58,621 bases of DNA, taken from a virus (Duplodnaviria > Caudoviricetes). Below are positions 1 through 6,609 of the stretch, in pieces. The notes beneath the pieces are model-generated. The model ran no database searches and was not told where the DNA came from. It saw nothing but the letters and a program-made list of their open reading frames with translations. Position numbers and translations under genes: made by a program. The stretch lies in IMG/VR virus record IMGVR_UViG_3300032321_001507, positions 1 through 58,621 of that record, one strand, 5' to 3'. The stretch's first letter is position 1. Every line of letters begins with the position of its first letter.

Positions 1-23
1 ACGTATAATAATTAGATAAAGAT

Positions 24-236
24 ATGAAGACAAAAATCGAAGAATTAAAAGAATCAATTGGTAAAGTAATGTCACACAACTACAGCCCTACACTTAGAGC
101 GAAATTAGTTAAGGTGAATAGAGTAACGTGTGTACTTGAAGTGTCACCTGGTGAACATGTTAAAGATAAAGATTACTGTGTAGGTTTAACATTTACTGAT
201 GATGTAAATAGAGTATGGAACTCTTTATATTACTAG
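24..236 (+). CDS. hypothetical early protein
   Basis: 70-aa ORF with the shared AGATATGA start context. Confidence 0.7.
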   Translation: MKTKIEELKESIGKVMSHNYSPTLRAKLVKVNRVTCVLEVSPGEHVKDKDYCVGLTFTDDVNRVWNSLYY

Positions 237-262
237 TCAGAATTCAGATTGTATATTAACGT
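236..262 (+). promoter_or_regulatory. early-cassette promoter motif (GTCA-N10-yGTATATT)
   Basis: GTCA 236-239, 10-nt spacer, TGTATATTAACGT; recurs with identical spacing upstream of other early ORFs. Confidence 0.7.
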
Positions 263-277
263 ATAAGATAAAAAGAT

Positions 278-598
278 ATGAAAAAGACAGAAAAATCAGC
301 AAACGGAACATCATTCCACGACGTAACAATTACAACTTCAATTAACGATTTAACTAGATTATTAGGTGAACCAACATATACTGGTGATTTTAGTGAAGAT
401 AAAGTAACAGTTGGGTGGGTATGTGAAACTGAAGAAGGTGAAGTAGTGACAATCTATGATTGGAAAGAATATAGATGGATAGATAAAGATGAAAAAATTG
501 AATTTCATTTGGGTGGTCGCAGAAAAATCCATACATTGGATGCGAAAGATGAATTAGTTGATATTATGAAGACATATTTCAGTATCAAAATTGCTTAA
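278..598 (+). CDS. conserved phage hypothetical protein
   Basis: 106 aa; LLGEP..DKV..W..TIYDWK..FHLGG pattern; AGATATGA start. Confidence 0.8.
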   Translation: MKKTEKSANGTSFHDVTITTSINDLTRLLGEPTYTGDFSEDKVTVGWVCETEEGEVVTIYDWKEYRWIDKDEKIEFHLGGRRKIHTLDAKDELVDIMKTYFSIKIA

Positions 599-608
599 AT
601 AAAAAGAT

Positions 609-677
609 ATGACAAAGAGAGATTTAATACTTGTAGTAGCAGCATTAGTAATAATGGTAGCAATAGTAATAGCATAA
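609..677 (+). CDS. 22-aa single-TM micropeptide (not in ORF track)
   Basis: MTKRDLILVVAALVIMVAIVIA*, preceded by the shared AAAGATATGA start. Confidence 0.6.
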   Translation: MTKRDLILVVAALVIMVAIVIA

Positions 678-690
678 TAAAGATCGTCGC

Positions 691-739
691 GAGTAGATCT
701 GACGGCCGCGTAAAGGTGCCGCTACTCAAAAAGTCAGAT
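691..739 (+). ncRNA. predicted RNA pseudoknot
   Basis: GAGTAG(691-696)/CTACTC(722-727) crossed with ATCTGAC(697-703)/GTCAGAT(733-739); inner GGC/GCC stem; GC-rich in an AT-rich genome. Confidence 0.55.
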
Positions 740-781
740 GGCTGCTGGAAATAGACAGCGGACAGCTGGAGAGACAGCGTT

Positions 782-834
782 AGTCAGGTGGGGGTCAAGG
801 GGCTTCACTGCGGGTTCGAGTCCCGTCCTGACTA
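782..834 (+). ncRNA. truncated tRNA-like RNA (acceptor stem + T-arm, no anticodon arm)
   Basis: AGTCAGG/CCTGACT 7-bp acceptor stem, GCGGG-TTCGAGT-CCCGT T-arm, discriminator A834; only 21 nt where the D and anticodon arms should be. Confidence 0.7.
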
Positions 835-835
835 C

Positions 836-918
836 TACAGGACTTCATATCTCCTGTAAATTTCATATCTTAATTATTTAACGCACTGATAGAAGCCGAC
901 GCCCGTCGGCTCTCAGTG
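836..918 (+). ncRNA. candidate antisense sRNA against early-gene start regions
   Basis: TCATATCT twice (845-852, mostly in a hairpin loop; 863-870) plus TAATTATTTAA; closes with a GC-rich hairpin at 884-918. Confidence 0.5.
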
Positions 919-922
919 TCTC

Positions 923-976
923 GTCACAGTCCGCCTCGTATATTAACGTGTTAGATAATTAAAACAAACAGATATG
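923..976 (+). promoter_or_regulatory. early-cassette promoter + leader
   Basis: GTCA-N10-CGTATATTAACGTGTTAGATAATTAAAAC..AGATATG. Confidence 0.75.
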
Positions 977-1255
977 ACAAAGACAGAAAGAAACAAAACG
1001 ATCAACAAGCAAATTTACAAGTTAGCTGAATCATTAGGTTATGAATTAGACATGAACGAAACAGATGTAATATTCATTTCACCTGATGGAAACATGGATA
1101 ATGATATTCAATACAGAAGATCATGTCATACAGTGGCTGCCTTAAATTGGGCATCTACCAAAACATTAGGTCATGAAAAGTTAATGGATGATTACATTGA
1201 GGAATTAAAAGCAATGACTGATGAAGAATTATTGATTGAGCACCAAGGTGCTTAA
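974..1255 (+). CDS. hypothetical early protein
   Basis: 93-aa ORF after cassette promoter. Confidence 0.75.
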   Translation: MTKTERNKTINKQIYKLAESLGYELDMNETDVIFISPDGNMDNDIQYRRSCHTVAALNWASTKTLGHEKLMDDYIEELKAMTDEELLIEHQGA

Positions 1256-1304
1256 TCACAATTCCACTCGTATATTAACGCATTAGATAATTAAAACAGA
1301 TATG
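1255..1304 (+). promoter_or_regulatory. early-cassette promoter + leader
   Basis: ATCA-N10-CGTATATTAACGCATTAGATAATTAAAACAGATATG. Confidence 0.75.
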
Positions 1305-1478
1305 AAAAAATTTACAATTAAAGAAACAAGACCAGCCACTTACATCTGGTATTATGAAGTAGAAGCTGAAAACGAAAACGAAGCATTAGAAAAAGTATTT
1401 GAAGGCTTAGAAGACCCAATCAATGCAGATGTAGAATTAGATTACAGTGTAGATGGAGAATTCGAAATAGTAGATTAA
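1302..1478 (+). CDS. 58-aa acidic protein, DpnD/PcfM-like (not in ORF track)
   Basis: MKKFTIKETRPATYIWYYEVEAENENEALEKV...; VEAExxxEA motif; follows cassette promoter. Confidence 0.7.
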   Translation: MKKFTIKETRPATYIWYYEVEAENENEALEKVFEGLEDPINADVELDYSVDGEFEIVD

Positions 1479-1480
1479 TA

Positions 1481-1720
1481 ATGAAGAAAGACATGACAGT
1501 AGAAAGATTAACCGAAATGGATACGATCCAACTTATCCACTACCTCGCAGCCCAATCGTTGGATGAATTAAAATCATTAGCAAAACGTGTAGCAATTGAA
1601 CGATACAACAAATATGATATCAGATACTCATCCGTGTATCAACATATTTCCAATATTATAGTTCAACGTAATACCGATTCAGCAACCAAATATAGATTAG
1701 AAAATTATAAAACCCGATAA
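1481..1720 (+). CDS. hypothetical protein
   Basis: 79-aa ORF tightly packed in operon. Confidence 0.65.
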   Translation: MKKDMTVERLTEMDTIQLIHYLAAQSLDELKSLAKRVAIERYNKYDIRYSSVYQHISNIIVQRNTDSATKYRLENYKTR

Positions 1721-1721
1721 C

Positions 1722-1919
1722 ATGAATCAGCCAACAGATGCCGACTACAGAGTCGTATTAGCAACATTGCTAGCCAAATTATCAGTAACAATTCAAACGT
1801 CCTCACACGGGCAGATGATGAATGAAGACCTAGTTCAACTCATACGTCAATCATTCCAAGACAACAACGTAGAGATGCCACCATCCATCGCTAAAGCATT
1901 CGGTAGACCTAACGTGTAA
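1722..1919 (+). CDS. hypothetical protein
   Basis: 65-aa ORF tightly packed in operon. Confidence 0.6.
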   Translation: MNQPTDADYRVVLATLLAKLSVTIQTSSHGQMMNEDLVQLIRQSFQDNNVEMPPSIAKAFGRPNV

Positions 1920-1942
1920 CAACGTTAAGTCAACCGTTGCCT

Positions 1943-1998
1943 GTCGGAATCGTACTCGTATATTGAATCGTTAGATAATTAAAATAAACAAAGATATG
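1943..1998 (+). promoter_or_regulatory. early-cassette promoter + leader
   Basis: GTCG-N10-CGTATATTGAATCGTTAGATAATTAAAA..AGATATG. Confidence 0.7.
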
Positions 1999-2229
1999 AC
2001 AATTAAAGATTTAAAAAACGGAACACCATTTCATTACAAGACATCATTAATTACTTATAAACTTGAAAAATCAGGTTATGACAACACTTATTTCATTGCA
2101 ACAATTGGATCACATATTGCAAATGTTAAGTCAATAGGTTCTAAAGTAATTAAAGGATATACTTATGTAATGAATAAACGAGTTAATATTAGTATTGATA
2201 TTAGAGATTGTAAGGAAGCGACTGAGTAA
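1996..2229 (+). CDS. hypothetical early protein
   Basis: 77-aa ORF after cassette promoter. Confidence 0.75.
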   Translation: MTIKDLKNGTPFHYKTSLITYKLEKSGYDNTYFIATIGSHIANVKSIGSKVIKGYTYVMNKRVNISIDIRDCKEATE

Positions 2230-2232
2230 TCA

Positions 2233-2287
2233 GTCACTATTCCCCTCGTACATTAACGTATTAAATAATTAAAACAGATAAGATATG
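2233..2287 (+). promoter_or_regulatory. early-cassette promoter + leader
   Basis: GTCA-N10-CGTACATTAACGTATTAAATAATTAAAACAGATAAGATATG. Confidence 0.75.
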
Positions 2288-2509
2288 ATTACAAACAGTT
2301 ACATCCAAGATGATTACATATTCAGATATGAGCCATACTTTGATTCAATGGTTAGAACAGCCATAATCGATCACGTAAATAAAGAAGTTAGACCATGCCA
2401 TGGTTATTTCATCCCAAACCCATATGGTAAACTAAATGAGGACCTGGCTAACACATTAGGTTATAGATTCAATAATGGTTTAAGCGCTAACAATATAAAA
2501 CATAGATAA
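2285..2509 (+). CDS. hypothetical early protein
   Basis: 74-aa ORF after cassette promoter. Confidence 0.7.
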   Translation: MITNSYIQDDYIFRYEPYFDSMVRTAIIDHVNKEVRPCHGYFIPNPYGKLNEDLANTLGYRFNNGLSANNIKHR

Positions 2510-2512
2510 GAT

Positions 2513-2737
2513 ATGACACAGACAAAAGATCAAGCAGTAGAGACCATCATCAACATGTTAAAAAACATAGATGTAGATGGTGAAACAATGGAATATATCA
2601 TTGGGGAAGTAGGTATGCTAGACCAAATGACAAAACAACTAATAATGACCACTAGACATGATGATTTAGAATATTATCTATCTGAACGTTATGAATTAGA
2701 ACAATTACTAGTACAAATCGATTTAAATACAAAATAA
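2513..2737 (+). CDS. hypothetical early protein
   Basis: 74-aa acidic ORF, AGATATGA start. Confidence 0.7.
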   Translation: MTQTKDQAVETIINMLKNIDVDGETMEYIIGEVGMLDQMTKQLIMTTRHDDLEYYLSERYELEQLLVQIDLNTK

Positions 2738-2738
2738 T

Positions 2739-2834
2739 ATGGAACGTAACATAGTAATAGCAGGACTAATCATGATGGTGCTCCTAGCAATAAAAATCAC
2801 CATATTCATACACATGACCAAAAACAAGCGCTAA
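2739..2834 (+). CDS. 31-aa single-TM micropeptide (not in ORF track)
   Basis: MERNIVIAGLIMMVLLAIKITIFIHMTKNKR*; TAAtATG coupling to the flanking ORFs. Confidence 0.55.
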   Translation: MERNIVIAGLIMMVLLAIKITIFIHMTKNKR

Positions 2835-2835
2835 T

Positions 2836-2955
2836 ATGGATGAGCAATGGACACTCACCGATCTAAACATACGATTGGACAAACTCGAGCAAGAAATACA
2901 ATGGACACGAGAGATGATAGATATTATTCAGGAGGACATAGATGCACAAAATTAA
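2836..2955 (+). CDS. 39-aa acidic coiled-coil peptide (not in ORF track)
   Basis: MDEQWTLTDLNIRLDKLEQEIQWTREMIDIIQEDIDAQN*; TAAtATG coupling. Confidence 0.5.
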   Translation: MDEQWTLTDLNIRLDKLEQEIQWTREMIDIIQEDIDAQN

Positions 2956-2957
2956 TG

Positions 2958-3227
2958 CGTTTGTAAAAAAGAGACACGTTTGTAAAAAAATCATCGTTGA
3001 TAGCGTCCCGGTAGCGGTATGTGCGCGGAGTGCTCCCACGGTAATTGCGGTCCATCGATGGGGTGCGTGTGGTGCACAACAATCTATGGTATTCATAGCA
3101 CGAACACAATCTTTACACATCGACAGTATATACGCATATACTACCCACGTCACGTCGCCACGTCACGGTACCACGTTACGTCGTCCAACCATTCACCATC
3201 GTTCCCATCCATCCACCCATCGTTCCC
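2958..3227. repeat. non-coding repeat cluster (candidate origin / genome end / pac region)
   Basis: CGTTTGTAAAAAA x2 (2958, 2977); CCACGT(C/T)ACG x3 at 13-nt period (3145, 3158, 3171); CCATCGTTCCC x2 (3196, 3217); inverted repeat 3125-3142. Confidence 0.65.
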
Positions 3228-3345
3228 CACATCGTGATATTAAATTTCAAAATAACCCTTTTTGTCCTACTTTGCATAAATCCAAAATCTACTCTTATAC
3301 GATCTTTTTACTATAAAAAAAGTATATACTTAGATATGTGGCTTG

Positions 3346-3368
3346 GTCAGAATTTCTCTCGTATATTT
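3346..3368 (+). promoter_or_regulatory. early-cassette promoter motif
   Basis: GTCA-N10-CGTATATTT upstream of ORF 3414. Confidence 0.7.
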
Positions 3369-3413
3369 TATTAAACATAAACAATTCAAACATTTAAAAC
3401 CACATTAACAATT

Positions 3414-3923
3414 ATGGCAACAACAATTAAATTAAAACAAGATTATTACGGTACTAAAGATTACGGAAAACGAGCATTTTACATATTAGATGCAGATGGC
3501 AATTATTCATTCGATTTTGTATTCATAGAAGACCTTGAAGAATGGATCGATTGGAAACGAAGCGAAGGAAAATCACTTGAAATTGAATATGCAGATGGTA
3601 ATTTGCGAATATATGATGCAAAATCAAATAAGGTTATGAAATTATTTAAAGGAATGACAAAAAAGGGTGAATATTTCACCGAATTAATTAAAATTGAAGA
3701 TTTTACAACTATTGAAGATTGTTTAAAAATTATTAATGATTATTTTTTAGAAGATGACGATGATTGTTTATATGAGACAGATGATATAGAAGAAAAAGAT
3801 TATAAATATGCTTATATATCACAAGATGGCTCAGTTACTTTTGTTGAAAGTTTAGACGAATTTTCAGAGTCTAGAAAAACAGAAGAAGCTTGGGATGTAG
3901 ATTTTTGGACATCTTTAAATTAA
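3414..3923 (+). CDS. acidic hypothetical protein
   Basis: 169-aa D/E-rich ORF. Confidence 0.8.
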   Translation: MATTIKLKQDYYGTKDYGKRAFYILDADGNYSFDFVFIEDLEEWIDWKRSEGKSLEIEYADGNLRIYDAKSNKVMKLFKGMTKKGEYFTELIKIEDFTTIEDCLKIINDYFLEDDDDCLYETDDIEEKDYKYAYISQDGSVTFVESLDEFSESRKTEEAWDVDFWTSLN

Positions 3924-3927
3924 GGTT

Positions 3928-4401
3928 ATGAAAACAAAACGTATTACACACGAGCAAGCTAAGGAATCTTTTTTTCCTAAACCATCCTCTTGGATGTTAA
4001 ATAAAGACACTTTTTTTACTTTAACCCCCAACGAGAAAGACCCCACAACCGATAACGTACACTATTGGATCGAGCGCCAACGTTTTGATGCTCACCTTTC
4101 ATTTAACGAGGGTTTTATCTATATTCTTGAATCCTCTGGTACTCCAGGCATCCTAAAAATCGGTTATACTGATCGTTCCGTACAAGAGCGTGTATCTGAA
4201 ATTAATTCAGCTACTGGAGTTATTATTCCTTATTATCCTATTTCTTCTTTCCATTGTAAATCTCCTAAGCATATCGAGACTCTCGTCCATCAAGCTCTTC
4301 ATACTCATCGCGTTAACAAAGAGGGTTTTAATGTTTCATTAAAGCATGCTAAAGAGATTATTGAGAAAATTATCGCGGAAAACAACGCTCATATCGAGTA
4401 A
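3928..4401 (+). CDS. GIY-YIG nuclease family protein (T5orf172/MUG113-like)
   Basis: GFIYIL..LKIGYT.R....R...IN.ATG...IE..VH..L...RV..E.F motif set. Confidence 0.85.
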   Translation: MKTKRITHEQAKESFFPKPSSWMLNKDTFFTLTPNEKDPTTDNVHYWIERQRFDAHLSFNEGFIYILESSGTPGILKIGYTDRSVQERVSEINSATGVIIPYYPISSFHCKSPKHIETLVHQALHTHRVNKEGFNVSLKHAKEIIEKIIAENNAHIE

Positions 4402-4543
4402 TGCGTTACGCATACAATAGCGCTAGTTTCATTTATTGAAACGTTGTATGTATGTATATACGTATAGATATATTAGGGATATGACAAACTACTAGTAAGA
4501 TGTAAACTATATATATTTATTACCGTAAATTAAACTTATTAAA

Positions 4544-4804
4544 ATGAACCTACCAAAGACTTATACTATTAAAATGGAAGATAAAGCTGCTTTTATTAAT
4601 AAAGCGGAAAAAATGGGTTTTCAAATTGATTCGTTTGATATTAAAGATAATAAAATAACAAATACGTTTTCGATTACTGTTTCTACTCCACAAGATGTTG
4701 AAGTAGTTAAAGCCGTTTTGAAATCATCACCCGATATTAATGATATTAAAGAGGTTATTAAAAGAGTAATTCAAGAAGAAATTCAAAAACACTTGGAGAA
4801 CTAA
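4544..4804 (+). CDS. hypothetical late protein
   Basis: ATATTTAT at 4513; C-terminal IKEVIKRVIQEEI helix motif. Confidence 0.75.
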   Translation: MNLPKTYTIKMEDKAAFINKAEKMGFQIDSFDIKDNKITNTFSITVSTPQDVEVVKAVLKSSPDINDIKEVIKRVIQEEIQKHLEN

Positions 4805-4851
4805 GAAATTTTTTGTAACTTCTCCCTAATAGTTTCACTTAAACAAATTTT

Positions 4852-5055
4852 ATGAGATATAAAAATAATGTTATGCAAAAATTAGAGCAAGCAGAAGCGC
4901 TCTTAAGCAGAATTCAATTACAAGTAAACAGAGGAATGTCACAAGATTCTATTCTTGAATCTGTTGAAGCATTAAAAGGACAATTGGAAATTGTTAAAGA
5001 TACAATTTCTGTTGAACCTGATGATTTTGAACAACAATTTGCTCCACAACGATAA
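4852..5055 (+). CDS. hypothetical protein
   Basis: 67 aa, helical; TTGG-N19-TAACTT upstream (4793-4821). Confidence 0.7.
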   Translation: MRYKNNVMQKLEQAEALLSRIQLQVNRGMSQDSILESVEALKGQLEIVKDTISVEPDDFEQQFAPQR

Positions 5056-5065
5056 TTAAATAATT

Positions 5066-5335
5066 ATGGAAACTGCTTTATGGATTGCCGGTATTCACTT
5101 GGTTGAATTACTGGCTATTGGTATTTTTTTAATTGTTCGTAAAAATATGAGATTAGAACAAATTCTTATTCAACAACAAGAACAAATCACTGCATTAGAT
5201 TTTTTATTTTCTAAATTAACTACTTCATTATCTGCTATAGATGAAAAAGTATGGGTTGAAGGAGATGAAGAATTAGGTGAAGTATTTAACGACATTAAGG
5301 AAATTAAGGACGCATTAAATTCTTTGTACAATTAA
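5066..5335 (+). CDS. membrane-anchored coiled-coil protein
   Basis: N-terminal hydrophobic helix followed by coiled coil. Confidence 0.7.
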   Translation: METALWIAGIHLVELLAIGIFLIVRKNMRLEQILIQQQEQITALDFLFSKLTTSLSAIDEKVWVEGDEELGEVFNDIKEIKDALNSLYN

Positions 5336-5340
5336 TCTAT

Positions 5341-5372
5341 TTGGATAATTGAATAATCTTATTTACCTTTCG
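5341..5372 (+). promoter_or_regulatory. Bacteroidota-like promoter for the sigma gene
   Basis: TTGG-N19-TACCTTTCG; same geometry at 4793 and 23407. Confidence 0.5.
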
Positions 5373-5389
5373 GTAAATTAAAAATAACC

Positions 5390-6178
5390 ATGAGTATATA
5401 CTACGAAGAACAGTTCGACCTTGATAAATTTTTAGATGAAGAATTTGGTAAAGTTCCTTTAACCAAAAAAGGAGAAATACGTAAACGTAAACCAAAAGAA
5501 CCTAGAATATATTTTACTCAAGATACTGAGAATGCCATTATTGAATATCTAGCATCTGATGATGAGACCAAACGTAACAGAATATATAATGAACGTATCC
5601 GTTATGCTTTTTATAAACTATCAGAAAATATAATCCATACCTTTAAATTTTATTATACTGATTCAGATACTATTGAAGAATTAAAACATGAAGTAGTTAC
5701 ATTCTTATTAGAAAAATTACATTTATATTCTCAGGGTAAAGGTAAAGCATATTCTTATTTTGGTACTATTGCAAAACGATATTTAATTATCTATAATCAG
5801 AAAAATTATGAGAAATTAAAGGAAAAAGCCGATATAGAGGAAATTGAAGAAGATCCAATCATATTAAATGATATTATAAAGGAAGCAGCTGATGAAACCA
5901 ATCCTACAGATTTTATGGGTTTATACGTACAATATGTAGATAAACATCTAGCAACATTATTTCCTAAAAAACAAGATATCAAAACAGCAGACGCGATTAT
6001 GGAATTATTCCGTAAACGTGAATCAATAGAAATATTTAATAAAAAAGCTCTATACATATACATTCGTGAAATAACGGATGCATCTACTCCCCAAATTACT
6101 AAAGTCACTAAAAAATTAAAGACGGTATATATTAAATTATATAACGAGTATTATAAATACGGACATATTAAAATCTAA
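5390..6178 (+). CDS. gp55: late transcription sigma factor, T4 gp55-like
   Basis: YF...E.AI.EY..., FYKLSENIIHTFKF, KGKAYSYFGTIAKRYLI resembling gp55 sigma region 2. Confidence 0.7.
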   Translation: MSIYYEEQFDLDKFLDEEFGKVPLTKKGEIRKRKPKEPRIYFTQDTENAIIEYLASDDETKRNRIYNERIRYAFYKLSENIIHTFKFYYTDSDTIEELKHEVVTFLLEKLHLYSQGKGKAYSYFGTIAKRYLIIYNQKNYEKLKEKADIEEIEEDPIILNDIIKEAADETNPTDFMGLYVQYVDKHLATLFPKKQDIKTADAIMELFRKRESIEIFNKKALYIYIREITDASTPQITKVTKKLKTVYIKLYNEYYKYGHIKI

Positions 6179-6216
6179 ATATTCCGCATATTTATTATCA
6201 TATAAATATATAATAT

Positions 6217-6609
6217 ATGGCTACAAATTTTGATGACATAAATCTCTTTGGGGATAAATCCTTATCTGATTTATTTAAACAAATTCATAAAAATAACAAG
6301 GATACCGATAAACAAATTGCTGAACTTATTGAAGCAATAAAACCAATGATTAGTAATCCTGGTTCTGCTGTTATGCTTATGCCTACTGTTAAAGATTTAA
6401 TTGATGTTAATGTTAAAAATAATGATCAATTAATTAAAATGGCAGGTATTGCTCAACGTGCTGCTTCTAGTAATAATGCTACTGGTAATGATTCATTCTT
6501 TGACTCAGATGAAATTCAAGCGTTGCTTGAAGAACAAAATCATATCAAAGAAGAAGGTCAAAAATTACTAGAGACAACCAGTGAAGTTCAAAAACAAATA
6601 GAACAATAA
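6217..6609 (+). CDS. conserved helical protein (possible small terminase)
   Basis: 130 aa, alpha-helical, late motif at 6188; function is a guess. Confidence 0.6.
   Translation: MATNFDDINLFGDKSLSDLFKQIHKNNKDTDKQIAELIEAIKPMISNPGSAVMLMPTVKDLIDVNVKNNDQLIKMAGIAQRAASSNNATGNDSFFDSDEIQALLEEQNHIKEEGQKLLETTSEVQKQIEQ

Noticed and set aside
691-739. A canonical hammerhead or theta/HDV ribozyme call
   Set aside because: CTGACGG is not followed by a hammerhead core, and the HDV P1.1 and catalytic C are not identifiable.
782-834. A functional decoding tRNA
   Set aside because: There is no room for D and anticodon arms (21 nt between acceptor and T stems), so it is reported as tRNA-like instead.
236-2287. 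Early-region repeats as a CRISPR array or attC-type cassette array
   Set aside because: The repeats are degenerate, non-palindromic and separated by whole genes, and they look like promoter plus leader. No cas or integrase gene is in the window.
2863-3316. ORFs 2863-3153(-), 2924-3109(-), 2942-3316(+), 3019-3237(+)
   Set aside because: They overlap one another, have atypical composition (H/R/C/P-rich) and lack the start context; they are by-products of the GC-richer repeat block.
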